DNA of 64,000 bases from Burkholderiales bacterium (GTDB lineage: Bacteria > Pseudomonadota > Gammaproteobacteria > Burkholderiales > SG8-39), in contig JADLAV010000021.1 of the NCBI GenBank assembly GCA_020848075.1, positions 5,421-69,420 on the forward strand, in the 5' to 3' direction. The notes under the pieces are model-generated. The model worked only from the letters and a program-made list of their open reading frames with translations, ran no database searches and had not been told where the DNA came from. A program made the translations under genes and the position numbers. Positions 16,953 through 26,657 of this stretch are shown here, piece by piece. How positions within the stretch are numbered: the stretch's first letter is position 1; every line of letters begins with the position of its first letter.

Positions 16953-18131
16953 ATGATCGCGCGAGCCGTCGTGTTCACGTCCGCTGCGGCCCTCGCGGCC
17001 GCGCTCGCCGCTTGCTCCAAGGAGCAGCCGCCCGCGCAGCGCCCGCCGCCGCTCGTGTCGATCGTGACGGTCACGCCGCAAACGATCCCCTTCGCGGTGA
17101 CCTTCGTCGCGCAGACGGAGAGTTCGCGGCAGGTGGACATCCTCGCGCGCGTGTCCGGGTTCCTCGACCGCATCGCCTATCACGAGGGCGAGGTGGTGAA
17201 GGAAGGCCAGGTGCTCTTCCAGCTCGACCCGAAGCCGTTCCAGGCGCAGCTCGACGCGGCGAAGGGCGAGCTCGCGGCGCAGCAGGCCCGGTTCACGACC
17301 GCCCGCGCGACGCTCGACCGGGTGAAGCCGCTCGCCGCGCAGAACGCGCTGTCGCAGTCGGACCTCGACCGCGCGCAGGGCGAGTACGATGCGGCGGCGG
17401 CCGCGGTGTACTCGGCGCAGGCGAAGGTCAAGGAGGCCGAGCTCAATCTCGGCTACGCAACGATCGGCTCGCCGGTGAGCGGCGTGGCAAGCCGCGCCGC
17501 GGTGCGCGAAGGCGCCTACGTCAACTCTCTCTCGCCCGATGCGAAGCTGACCTACGTCGCGGCGCTCGATCCGATCTGGGTGAACTTCAGCGTCTCGCAG
17601 AACCAGGTGACGCGCAACCGCGAGCTGATCGGCAAGGGCCTCGTGGTCCCGCCGAAGGGAGACGCGTACGAGGTCGAGCTGACGCTGCCCGACGGCACGC
17701 GCTATCCGTACACGGGCAAGATCAGCTTCGCCGAACCGTCGTTCAGCCAGGACACCGGCACCTTCTCCGTGCGCGCGGTCATCCCGAACCCTAAGCACGA
17801 CCTGCGCCCGGGGATGTTCGTGAACGCCACCGTTCGCGGCGCGGTCCGGCCGAACGCGATCGTCGTGCCGCAGCTCGCGGTGCAGCAGGGCTCGAACGGC
17901 CATCTCGTCTACGTGGTGAAACAGGACGGGACCGCCGAGGTGCGGCCGGTGGTCGTCGGGGACTATCACGGCGGGAAGGACATCGTCATCCTGTCCGGCC
18001 TGCAGGCCGGCGATCGCGTGGTGGTGGACGGCGTGCTCCGCGTCGTGCCCGGCCAGCCGGTGAAGATCGTCGAGCCGGACGCCGCCGAGGCGGCGAAGGC
18101 CGCTCCTAAAGCGGGCGCAGCAGCGAAGTAG
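16953..18131 (+). CDS. RND efflux periplasmic adaptor (membrane fusion protein)
   Basis: Trimmed to ATG 16953 (GGGGAGG SD). Lipoprotein signal AALAACS. Coiled-coil plus beta-barrel MFP layout. Confidence 0.92.
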   Translation: MIARAVVFTSAAALAAALAACSKEQPPAQRPPPLVSIVTVTPQTIPFAVTFVAQTESSRQVDILARVSGFLDRIAYHEGEVVKEGQVLFQLDPKPFQAQLDAAKGELAAQQARFTTARATLDRVKPLAAQNALSQSDLDRAQGEYDAAAAAVYSAQAKVKEAELNLGYATIGSPVSGVASRAAVREGAYVNSLSPDAKLTYVAALDPIWVNFSVSQNQVTRNRELIGKGLVVPPKGDAYEVELTLPDGTRYPYTGKISFAEPSFSQDTGTFSVRAVIPNPKHDLRPGMFVNATVRGAVRPNAIVVPQLAVQQGSNGHLVYVVKQDGTAEVRPVVVGDYHGGKDIVILSGLQAGDRVVVDGVLRVVPGQPVKIVEPDAAEAAKAAPKAGAAAK

Positions 18132-18138
18132 GCGCGCC

Positions 18139-21100
18139 GTGTTCACGCATTTCTTCATCGACCGGCCGATCCTCTCGTCGGTCATCTCGATCCTGATCGT
18201 CCTCGGCGGCACGGTGGCGATGCTGGTGTCGCCGATCGCGCAGTACCCCGAGCTCGCGCCGCCGCAGGTGACGGTCGACGCGCGCTACCCCGGGGCGACC
18301 GCCGAGGTGATCGCCAACACCGTCGCGGCGCCGATCGAGGCGCAGATCAACGGCATCGACAACCTGCTCTACTTCAACTCGGTGAGCTCCTCCTCCGGCA
18401 ACGTCACGGTCAACGTGGTGTTCAAGCCGGGCAGCGACCCTGACATCAACCAGGTGAACGTGCAGAACCGCGTGAGCCAGGCGCTGCCGCTCATTCCCCA
18501 GGTGGTCTCGCAACAGGGCGTCACGGTCGAGAAGAAGTCCTCCAGCATCATGATGGTCTTGTCCGTCTTCTCGCCCGACGACCGGTACGACGCGACCTAC
18601 ATCGACAACTACACCAACCTGTACGTGCTGGAGGAGCTGAAGCGCGTCCCCGGCGCCAACCGCGCGCAGGTGTTCGGGCTCCCCGACATCGCGATGCGGG
18701 TGTGGCTGCGCCCGGACCGGATGGCCCAGCTCGGCATCTCGGTGCAGGAGGTGGCGAGCGCGATCCAGAGCCAGAACCAGACGTTCGGCATCGGCCAGAT
18801 CGGCGCGCAGCCGGCGCCGCCGGGCGTCCAGCAGACGTTCGTCGTCACCGCGCAGGGGCTGCTGAGCAAGCCGGAGGAGTTCGAGAACATCATCATCCGC
18901 ACCGCCAAGGAGGGCGCGGCGATCGTGCGCGTGCGCGACGTGGGCCGGGTGGAGCTCGCCAAGCGCGACTACTCGATCGCGAGCCGCATGAACGGCAAGA
19001 CCGCGACCACGATCGGCATCTTCCAGCAGCCCGGCGCGAACGCGGTGGAGACGGCGCGCGCGGTGCGCGCCCGGATGGAGGTGCTGAAGAAGCAGTTCCC
19101 GACCGGCCTCGACTACAAGATCACGCTCGACACGAGCCTCTTTACCCTGAATTCGATCGACAAGGTCGTGCACACCTTCTTCGAGGCGGTCGTGCTCGTC
19201 GTGCTGGTGGTGTATCTCTTCCTGCAGACGCTGCGCGCCACGATCATCCCGATTCTCGCGGTGCCGGTGTCGATCATCGGCACGTTCATCGGCATGCACC
19301 TGCTCGGCTTCTCGATCAACATGCTGACGATGTTCGGCCTGATCCTCGCCATCGGTCTGGTGGTCGACGACGCGATCGTCGTGGTCGAGAACGTCGAGAC
19401 GAACATGACGAAGCACGGCCTCGGCGCGCTCGACGCGGCCAAGCGGGCGATGAGCGAGATCGCCGGCGCGCTCATCTCGATCGTGCTGGTGCTCGTGGCG
19501 GTGTTCCTGCCGGTGGCGTTCCTCGGCGGGGTCACCGGCACGCTCTATCAGCAGTTCGCGATCACGATCGCGATCTCGGTGGTGATCTCCGGGCTCATGG
19601 CGCTCACGCTGTCGCCCGCGCTCGCCGCGATCATCATCAAGGCCCATCACGGCGAGAAGAAGGGGTTCTTCCGGTGGTTCGAGAGCGGATTCGACCGCCT
19701 GCGGCAGGGCTACGTGGGCGGGGTCGCGCGCCTGATCCAGGCCTGGCCGGTCGCGCTCCTCCTCTTCGCCGGCATGATCGCCGGCATCCTGGTGATGTTC
19801 CGCATCCTGCCCGGGAGCTTCGTGCCGGACGAAGACCAGGGGTATTTCTTCGTGATCGTCGAGGCGCCCGACACGGCGAGCCAGGAGTACGTCGGCGCGC
19901 TCGCCGAGAAGGTGGAGAAGATCCTCGCCGCCGAGCCGGCGGTGCAGGACGTCGCCCTGGTGAACGGGTACAGCCTGATCGACGGGACGTTCCGGAACAA
20001 CGCCGCCATCTTCTTCCCTTCGATGAAGCCCTTCGACCTGCGCACCGACCCGTCGCAGCTCACCTTCAGCGTGCTGCCGCGGCTGAACCGGCAGTTCGCC
20101 GCGCTCAAGGAAGGCTTCGTCCTCGCCATCAATCCGCCGTCGATCCCCGGCCTGGGGACGACCGGCGGATTCGAGTTCTATCTCCAGAACCGCGGGTCGG
20201 GCGATACGCGGGCGACGAGCCAGGCGATCCAGGCGTTCATCGCCGCCGCGCGGCAGCGCCCCGAGCTCGCCGGCGTCACGACGACGTTCCGGGGCGCCAC
20301 GCAGCAGCTCTTCGTCGACCTCGACCGCAACAAGGCGGAGGTCCTCGGCGTGCCGGTGCAGGATGCGTTCCAGACGATGCAGAGCTTCTTCGGCTCGTCG
20401 GTCGCGGGGCAGTTCAGCCAGTTCAGCCGGGTATGGTGGGTGGTGCTGCAGGCCGACGCGGACTATCGCGTCAACCCCGCAGACTTCGACAAGGTGTACG
20501 TCCGCGCGAAGACCGGCACCATGGTGCCGCTCTCGGCGCTGATCACGGTTCGCTACGTCGCTGCTCCGAAGCTGCTCGAGCGGTTCAACGGCTTCCCGGC
20601 CGTGAAGATCACGGGCGGCCCGGCGCTGGGCTATAGCTCGGGCGAAGCGCTGGCGGCCATGGAGGCGGTCGCGCGCGAGACGCTGCCCGGAGGGTTCTCG
20701 TACGCCTGGGCGGGCCAGGCGTTGCAGGAGAAGGAATCGGGGAGTACTTCCGCGGTCGCCTTCATCGCCGGCCTGGTCGTCGTGTTCCTGCTGCTCGCCG
20801 CGCAGTTCGAGAAGTGGACGCTGCCGGTCGCGGTCGTGCTGACGGTGCCGATCGCGATCCTCGGTGCGCTGCTGCTCACCTGGGTGCGCGGCCTCGAGAA
20901 CGACGTGTATTTCCAGGTGGGACTGGTCACGCTCGTCGGGCTCTCGGCGAAGAACGCGATCCTCATCTGCGAGTTCGCGATCGAGCGGGTGCGGCACGGG
21001 ATGGCGGTCAAGGACGCGGCAATCGAGGCCGCCGGGCTGCGGTTGCGCGCCATCGTGATGACCTCGCTCGCATTCGGCCTCGGCTGCGTGCCGCTCGCGA

Positions 21101-21321
21101 TCGCGAGCGGTCCCGGGGCGAACAGCCTGCGCGCGATCGGCACCGGCGTGATCGGCGGCATTCTCGCTTCGACCGCGGTCGCGATCTTCTTCGCGCCGCT
21201 CTTCTTCTGGCTGCTCGAGAGCACGAGCGCGAGGTTCGCCGGCAAGCGGGGCGCGGCGGAGGGTGGCCATGGCGGCGGCGCGCCCGTGGCGGCGCCGCAC
21301 GCGAAGCGGGACGGCGACTGA
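18139..21321 (+). CDS. RND multidrug efflux permease (AcrB/MexB family)
   Basis: 1060 aa, GTG start. MFTHFFIDRPILSSVISILIVLGG... with 12-TM/large-loop RND organisation. Confidence 0.95.
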   Translation: MFTHFFIDRPILSSVISILIVLGGTVAMLVSPIAQYPELAPPQVTVDARYPGATAEVIANTVAAPIEAQINGIDNLLYFNSVSSSSGNVTVNVVFKPGSDPDINQVNVQNRVSQALPLIPQVVSQQGVTVEKKSSSIMMVLSVFSPDDRYDATYIDNYTNLYVLEELKRVPGANRAQVFGLPDIAMRVWLRPDRMAQLGISVQEVASAIQSQNQTFGIGQIGAQPAPPGVQQTFVVTAQGLLSKPEEFENIIIRTAKEGAAIVRVRDVGRVELAKRDYSIASRMNGKTATTIGIFQQPGANAVETARAVRARMEVLKKQFPTGLDYKITLDTSLFTLNSIDKVVHTFFEAVVLVVLVVYLFLQTLRATIIPILAVPVSIIGTFIGMHLLGFSINMLTMFGLILAIGLVVDDAIVVVENVETNMTKHGLGALDAAKRAMSEIAGALISIVLVLVAVFLPVAFLGGVTGTLYQQFAITIAISVVISGLMALTLSPALAAIIIKAHHGEKKGFFRWFESGFDRLRQGYVGGVARLIQAWPVALLLFAGMIAGILVMFRILPGSFVPDEDQGYFFVIVEAPDTASQEYVGALAEKVEKILAAEPAVQDVALVNGYSLIDGTFRNNAAIFFPSMKPFDLRTDPSQLTFSVLPRLNRQFAALKEGFVLAINPPSIPGLGTTGGFEFYLQNRGSGDTRATSQAIQAFIAAARQRPELAGVTTTFRGATQQLFVDLDRNKAEVLGVPVQDAFQTMQSFFGSSVAGQFSQFSRVWWVVLQADADYRVNPADFDKVYVRAKTGTMVPLSALITVRYVAAPKLLERFNGFPAVKITGGPALGYSSGEALAAMEAVARETLPGGFSYAWAGQALQEKESGSTSAVAFIAGLVVVFLLLAAQFEKWTLPVAVVLTVPIAILGALLLTWVRGLENDVYFQVGLVTLVGLSAKNAILICEFAIERVRHGMAVKDAAIEAAGLRLRAIVMTSLAFGLGCVPLAIASGPGANSLRAIGTGVIGGILASTAVAIFFAPLFFWLLESTSARFAGKRGAAEGGHGGGAPVAAPHAKRDGD

Positions 21322-21322
21322 G

Positions 21323-22924
21323 ATGGGCCGGCTGCGAGCAGCGGATTCCGTCCCCTCCTTTTCAAGGAGGGGTGGGTGCGCAGCAGCCGGGGTGGTTCGG
21401 GATGCGCCGCACACCACCCCGCCGCCTGCGGCGGCACCTCTCCTTCTCGGAGAGGAGGGGAAGAACGCGCCGCGTCGCGTCGCCGCGCTTTTCACGGCTT
21501 GTCTCCTCGCCGGCTGCGTCGTTGGCCCGGACTATGTCCGCCCGGCGACCGCCGTGCCGGCGCAGTGGCGCATCGATTACGAGAAGGCCGCGGACCTCGC
21601 CAACACGGCCTGGTGGCGCGCGGTCGGCGACCCGGTGCTCGACGAGCTCATCGACACGGCGTTGCGCGAGAACCGGGACGCGCGGATCGCCGCGGCGCGC
21701 GTGGACCAGTTCGTCGGCCAGCTCGCGACCATCCGCTCGCAGCTCTATCCGCAGATCGGCTACAGCGCCGATGCGAGCCGCAACCGCGCGAGCCGGGTCG
21801 GCCAGCCGCCGCTCTCGCCCGGGGCCGATCCGTACTACACGCTCTATCAGGGGGCGCTCGGCGCGCAGTGGCAGATCGATCTCTTCGGCCGCGTGCGCCG
21901 CCAGAGCGAGGCCGCGCAGGCCCGGGTGTACGCGAGCGAGCAGGGCCGCCGCGGCGTCGTCCTGTCGCTCGTGACGAGCGTCGCGACGAGCTACGTCGCA
22001 TTGCGCGCGCTCGACCGGCAGCTCGAGATCTCGCACGCAACGGCCGCAAACTTTGCCGGGACCAAGCGCATCTTCGACTTGCGCTACCAGGGCGGCGTGG
22101 TGTCGCAAGTCGAGGTCGCGCAAGTCGAGTCGCAGTACCAGCTGGCGCTCGCCGCGATTCCGACCCTCGAGCAGCAGATCGCCGCGCAGGAGAACCTCAT
22201 CTCCGTCCTGCTCGGCCGCAATCCGGGCGCCATCCCGCGCGGGAAGACGATCGATCAGCTCGTCGCGCACCGCATCCCCGGCGACCTGCCCTCGACGCTC
22301 CTCGAGCGCCGGCCCGACATCCTGCAGGCCGAGCAGACGCTCGTCGCCGCGAACGCGAACATCGGCGCCGCACGCTCGCTCTACTTCCCGACGCTGTCGC
22401 TCACGGGGCTGCTCGGCTCGGTGAGCGCCGCGTTCGGCGACTTCCTGACCGGCCCGGCGAGCGCTTGGTCGGCCGCCGCCGCGCTCGCCGGCCCGATCTT
22501 CACCTTCGGCGCGATCGAGGGACAGGTGCAGGGGGCCGAGGCTTTCGAGCGCGAGGCGCTCGAAAGCTACCAGCAGGTGATCGCGAACGCGTTCCGCGAG
22601 ACGAACGACGCGCTCGTCGGCGCGGTCAAGTCGCGCGACGCGGCCGAGGCGCAGGCGCGCCGCGTCGCGGCGCTGCGGGAATATGCGCGGCTGTCGCGCC
22701 TCAAGTTCGACAACGGTTACGCAGGGTATCTGGAAGTGCTCTACGCCGAGAACGAGCTCTTCAACGCGGAACTCTCCGCCGTGCGCGCGCAGGCCGACCG
22801 GTTCACGCAGATCGTCAACGTCTACAAGGCGGTCGGCGGGGGATGGGTGGACGAGGCGGACAAGCTCGCGCCACAGCCGCAGCTCGTCGAAGCGCTCTCG
22901 CCGGGCGGCGCCGCCGGTCGTTAA
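21323..22924 (+). CDS. RND efflux outer membrane factor lipoprotein (NodT/OprM family)
   Basis: Lipobox FTACLLAGC followed by VVGPDYVRP, then typical OMF repeats. There is no canonical start between the palindromic element and the lipobox. Candidates are ATG 21323 (2 nt after the pump stop) and GTG 21392, both reading through the element. The start is uncertain. Confidence 0.85.
   Translation: MGRLRAADSVPSFSRRGGCAAAGVVRDAPHTTPPPAAAPLLLGEEGKNAPRRVAALFTACLLAGCVVGPDYVRPATAVPAQWRIDYEKAADLANTAWWRAVGDPVLDELIDTALRENRDARIAAARVDQFVGQLATIRSQLYPQIGYSADASRNRASRVGQPPLSPGADPYYTLYQGALGAQWQIDLFGRVRRQSEAAQARVYASEQGRRGVVLSLVTSVATSYVALRALDRQLEISHATAANFAGTKRIFDLRYQGGVVSQVEVAQVESQYQLALAAIPTLEQQIAAQENLISVLLGRNPGAIPRGKTIDQLVAHRIPGDLPSTLLERRPDILQAEQTLVAANANIGAARSLYFPTLSLTGLLGSVSAAFGDFLTGPASAWSAAAALAGPIFTFGAIEGQVQGAEAFEREALESYQQVIANAFRETNDALVGAVKSRDAAEAQARRVAALREYARLSRLKFDNGYAGYLEVLYAENELFNAELSAVRAQADRFTQIVNVYKAVGGGWVDEADKLAPQPQLVEALSPGGAAGR
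21352..21460. repeat. 109-bp palindromic (MITE/REP-like) element between the RND pump gene and the OMF gene
   Basis: Left arm CCCCTCCTTTTCAAGGAGGGGTGGGTGCGCAGCAGCCGG. The reverse complement of the right arm is CCCCTCCTCTCCGAGAAGGAGAGGTGCCGCCGCAGGCGG. The centre GGGGTGGT...ACCACCCC is also palindromic. Each arm carries its own small hairpin. Confidence 0.8.
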
Positions 22925-22988
22925 CGCCTCCGCCCGCCTCGCCTCTGCCGTTCTTCTTGGCCGCGCTGCGGCGCGGCGAACGATCCAC

Positions 22989-23010
22989 GAATCCTACCTT
23001 CGTAGGATTC
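22989..23010 (+). repeat. 22-bp palindrome family, copy a (perfect): GAATCCTAC-CTTC-GTAGGATTC
   Basis: Read directly from the sequence. Lies 106 nt upstream of the Tsx-like gene start. Confidence 0.9.
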
Positions 23011-23115
23011 CCCACGGCAGACGCTTCGTGCATAAGCACCCTCGACAAGCGTGCCTCCGGGTGTTGGCGGATACGGACGCGCGTGCAGACGAAACACGCA
23101 ACCAGGGAGCGGGGA

Positions 23116-23949
23116 TTGGCGAAAGGTGGACAGCGACTAGTCGCGATCCGGACGCTCGGTCTCGCCCTTGCCCTCGCCGGCGCAAACGCGCTCGGCCAGC
23201 AGGCGCCGCCCGAGCGCGCCGAGCAGGCGCCGGCATCCCCGGGCTTCTCGACCTGGGACGTCCAGCTCCTGTACGGCTCGAGGTTCCGCGAGCCGGGCGT
23301 CGACCAGGACGTGGCGAAGTGGACGGTGACTCTCGAGAACTCCTCGGCGTGGAGTTGGGGCAGCAGCTATTTCTTCATCGACTACCTGCGCTCGGACTCT
23401 GCCGACCAGAACGCGACCGAGTTCTACGGCGAGTGGTATCCGTCCGCGAGCATCGGGAGGATGTCGGGGACGGATCTCTCGCTCGGCCCGCTGCGCGACG
23501 TCTCGATCACGATGGGCTTCAACGCGGGATCGAAGAGCACCGGTGCGTCGCCGCTCGTTTTCCTCCCGGGGCTCACCTTCGACTTCAAGATCCCGGGCTT
23601 CCAGTTCTTCTCGATCGGCACGTACGCGTACATCGACCGCGGCCGGTTCGACGGGCAGGACAACGGCTGCAACGCCACGAGCTACCAGATCACTCCCTCC
23701 TGGTCGCTGCCGTTCGCGATCGGCCCGGCGCGGTTTCGCTTCGACGGGTTGATCGATTTCATCGGCAGCCACGGTCAGTGCTCGAGCCAGATCGTGTCGC
23801 AGCCGACGATCAAGATCGACCTCGGCAGCTTCGGCGGCAAGCCCGACCGGCTGTATGCCGGCGTCGAGTGGGCTTACTGGCGCAACAAGTACGGCATCAG
23901 CGGATTCAACCAGACCGCACCCCAGGCGGCCGTGATGTGGGTGTTCTAG
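23116..23949 (+). CDS. Tsx/OmpK-family nucleoside-specific outer-membrane channel
   Basis: Tail of ORF 21376..23949. TTG 23116 is preceded by GGGAG at 6 nt. Signal LGLALALAGANALG. EFYGEWYPSASIGRMSGTDLSLGPL resembles E. coli Tsx [21 protein letters not shown]. C-terminal Phe. Confidence 0.8.
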   Translation: MAKGGQRLVAIRTLGLALALAGANALGQQAPPERAEQAPASPGFSTWDVQLLYGSRFREPGVDQDVAKWTVTLENSSAWSWGSSYFFIDYLRSDSADQNATEFYGEWYPSASIGRMSGTDLSLGPLRDVSITMGFNAGSKSTGASPLVFLPGLTFDFKIPGFQFFSIGTYAYIDRGRFDGQDNGCNATSYQITPSWSLPFAIGPARFRFDGLIDFIGSHGQCSSQIVSQPTIKIDLGSFGGKPDRLYAGVEWAYWRNKYGISGFNQTAPQAAVMWVF

Positions 23950-23968
23950 CGCGAGAGGAGAACGGGCG

Positions 23969-25315
23969 ATGGCTGCCAAGACGAAAGCCGCTGGCACGAC
24001 TGCGATCCGCGGTCCGGTCCTGACGTACACGGGCGACGCGTTTCTGGAGGGACTCGAGTCGACCATGCGCTACGAGCCGGATGCGATCGTGGCGATGTCC
24101 GGCGGCAAGATCACGCACTTCGGACCCGCGCGCAAGGTGCGCACGCAGCTTCCGCCGGGCACGAAGATCCGCGAGTACGGCAAGGACACGATCATCCTCG
24201 CCGGCTTCATCGACTGCCACGTGCACTATCCGCAGACACAGATCATCGGCGCCTATGGCGAGCAGCTCATCGACTGGCTGAACAAGTACACCTTCGTCGC
24301 CGAGCAGCAGTTCGCGAAAAAGCCGCACGCGCGCGAGGTCGCGAAGGTGTTCCTCAAGGAATGCCTCCGCGCCGGCACCACGACCGCCACGGTCTACTGC
24401 ACGGTCCATCCGCAATCGGTCGACGCCTTCTTCGAGGAGTCCGAGGCGCTCGGCATGCGCATGATCGCCGGCAAGATCATGATGGACCGCAACGCCCCGG
24501 AGGCCCTGACCGACACGCCGAAGAAGGGCTACGACGAGTCGAAGGCGCTGATCAAGAAGTGGCACGACAACGGGCGCCAGCTCTACTGTGTCACGCCGCG
24601 CTTCGCGCCCACCAGCTCGCCGGAGCAGATGGAGATGACCGGCGCCCTCTGGGCGGAGCACCCCGGCACCTACCTGCAGTCGCACGTGTCGGAGAACCGG
24701 GGCGAGGTCGCGTGGGTGAAGGAGCTGTACCCGAAGCGCAAGGGCTATCTCGACACCTACGACCACTACAAGCAGCTTGGGCCGCGCGCGATCTACGGCC
24801 ACGGCATCTGGCTGACCGAGGAAGAGCTGAAGCGTTGCCACGAGACGGGAACCGCGATCGCGCACTGCCCGACCTCGAACGAGTTCCTCGGCAGCGGGCT
24901 CTTCAACCTCAAGAACGCCAAGAAAGCCGAGCGCCCGGTGCGCGTCGGGCTCGCCACCGACCTCGGCGCCGGCACTTCGTTCTCGATCCTGCAGACGCTC
25001 AACGAGACCTACAAGGTAGCGCAGCTGAACGGCAACAAGCTCTCGGCGGGACACGCCTTCTACTTCGCCAGCCGCGGCACCGCGCAGGCCCTGTACCTCG
25101 AGGACAAGATTGGCAGCATCGCCGCCGGCATGGAAGCCGACGTGGTGGTGCTCGACCTGAAGTCGACGCCGATTATCGAGTACCGAATGCGCTACTGCAA
25201 AGACATCGAAGAGGCGCTGTTCATCCAGATGACGATGGGCGACGACCGCGCGGTGCTCGCGACCTACGTCGCCGGGCGGCTCGCCTACAGCCGCCCGGCG
25301 CAGAAGTACGCATAA
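23969..25315 (+). CDS. guaD: Guanine deaminase
   Basis: 448 aa amidohydrolase. GFIDCHVHYPQTQIIG, YLQSHVSEN, HCPTSN, LATDLGAG are the guanine deaminase motif set as I recall it. Confidence 0.9.
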   Translation: MAAKTKAAGTTAIRGPVLTYTGDAFLEGLESTMRYEPDAIVAMSGGKITHFGPARKVRTQLPPGTKIREYGKDTIILAGFIDCHVHYPQTQIIGAYGEQLIDWLNKYTFVAEQQFAKKPHAREVAKVFLKECLRAGTTTATVYCTVHPQSVDAFFEESEALGMRMIAGKIMMDRNAPEALTDTPKKGYDESKALIKKWHDNGRQLYCVTPRFAPTSSPEQMEMTGALWAEHPGTYLQSHVSENRGEVAWVKELYPKRKGYLDTYDHYKQLGPRAIYGHGIWLTEEELKRCHETGTAIAHCPTSNEFLGSGLFNLKNAKKAERPVRVGLATDLGAGTSFSILQTLNETYKVAQLNGNKLSAGHAFYFASRGTAQALYLEDKIGSIAAGMEADVVVLDLKSTPIIEYRMRYCKDIEEALFIQMTMGDDRAVLATYVAGRLAYSRPAQKYA

Positions 25316-25364
25316 CCAGGCACGCAACGCCGGGGACAGCCCGGCGAACCAGAGGAGGTCAAGT

Positions 25365-26639
25365 ATGGCGGCTGGAGACCGTTCGACAGCGCAGCTCGGC
25401 GGCGCGATGGCCTGGTGGATCTGGGCGCTCGCCGTCACGTTCGTCGTGTTCCTGTTCAGCGTCCAGACCGGATACGCGATCGTCAACGCGAACGTCCAGA
25501 AGGACGTCGGCCTGACCGTCACGCAGGTCGCGACGATCGCCGCCACGTATACCTGGGTGTTCGCGCTGTTCCAGTTCTACGGCGGCGCGCTGCTCGACCA
25601 CGTCGGCTCGCGCAAGGTGCTACCGGCGTCGATCGCGCTGGTGGCGCTCGGCGTCTTCGTTTTCGCGAACGCGAAGAGCTTCGAGATGCTGCTGCTGTCG
25701 CAGGTGATCCTGGCAATCGGGTCGTGCACCGGATTCGTCGGCGCCGGCTATATCGGTGGCCAGTGGTTCGGGATGGCGAAGTTCAGCTTCATGTTCGGCC
25801 TGGTGCAGGTCTTCGCCGCGTTGACGTCCGCGCTGTCCCAGAACGCGATCGAGTTCGCGCTCAAGCACCTCGTGTGGCGTGACCTCTTCAACTACGTCGG
25901 CGTGTTCGGGATCGCGCTCTTCGTCCTCGGCGCGATCTTCATCCGCAATCCCGCCCCGGTCAGCGCGCCGTCCCAAGGCGGTGTGATCGGGTTCCTGACG
26001 TCGGTGACCCGCAGCCTCGTCGAGGTCGCCCGGATCGGGCACGTGTGGGTCGCCTCGATCGTCGGCGCGCTGCTTTTCGGCGTCCTGCTCGCCGTCGGCG
26101 TCGTGTGGGCGCCGAAGCTCCTGATGGTGCGCGGTGTCGACCAGGCGACCGCGGTGCTCGGCTCGTCGATGCTGTGGCTGGGGCTCGCGGTGGGGAGCGC
26201 AATCGTCCCCTGGTGGTCCGACCACATCGGCAAGCGAAAGCTCCCGATCGTCATCGGCGGACTGATCCAGTTCGTGGCGCTGGCGATCCTCGTCTACGTC
26301 CCCGACCTCGGCGGTACGGTCGATCTCGTCCTGTGCTTCATCTTCGGGTTCGCGAATGCCTCGCACATGCTCGCCTTCAGCACGGCCGCCGACGTCGTCG
26401 AACCGCGCCAGATCGGCACGTCCGCGGCGATCGTGAACGGCATCATGTTCATCGTCGGCGGCATCATGATCGCCCGTCCCGGCGTTCGCATCGATCGCGC
26501 GATCGAGATGGGCATGGAGAAGGGCTCGATGGACCTCGCGCAGTACGCCGCCCTGCCTCTAGTCGTCGCACTCGCGGTCGCCTTCGCTCTGTCGCTTGCG
26601 ATGCGCGAGACGTACCCCACGGCGCCGAAGCGCGGCTGA
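25365..26639 (+). CDS. MFS transporter (paralog 1)
   Basis: 424 aa, 12-TM pattern, GAGGAGG SD 6 nt upstream. Confidence 0.9.
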   Translation: MAAGDRSTAQLGGAMAWWIWALAVTFVVFLFSVQTGYAIVNANVQKDVGLTVTQVATIAATYTWVFALFQFYGGALLDHVGSRKVLPASIALVALGVFVFANAKSFEMLLLSQVILAIGSCTGFVGAGYIGGQWFGMAKFSFMFGLVQVFAALTSALSQNAIEFALKHLVWRDLFNYVGVFGIALFVLGAIFIRNPAPVSAPSQGGVIGFLTSVTRSLVEVARIGHVWVASIVGALLFGVLLAVGVVWAPKLLMVRGVDQATAVLGSSMLWLGLAVGSAIVPWWSDHIGKRKLPIVIGGLIQFVALAILVYVPDLGGTVDLVLCFIFGFANASHMLAFSTAADVVEPRQIGTSAAIVNGIMFIVGGIMIARPGVRIDRAIEMGMEKGSMDLAQYAALPLVVALAVAFALSLAMRETYPTAPKRG

Positions 26640-26657
26640 GCCGGGAGGCCGCTCGAG

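Noticed and set aside
18106-21495. 1129-aa ORF antisense to the RND pump gene
   Set aside because: Shadow ORF typical of GC-rich DNA. The composition is dominated by R/A/G/D/E/H/L with no recognisable motifs, whereas the opposite strand encodes an unmistakable AcrB-family protein.
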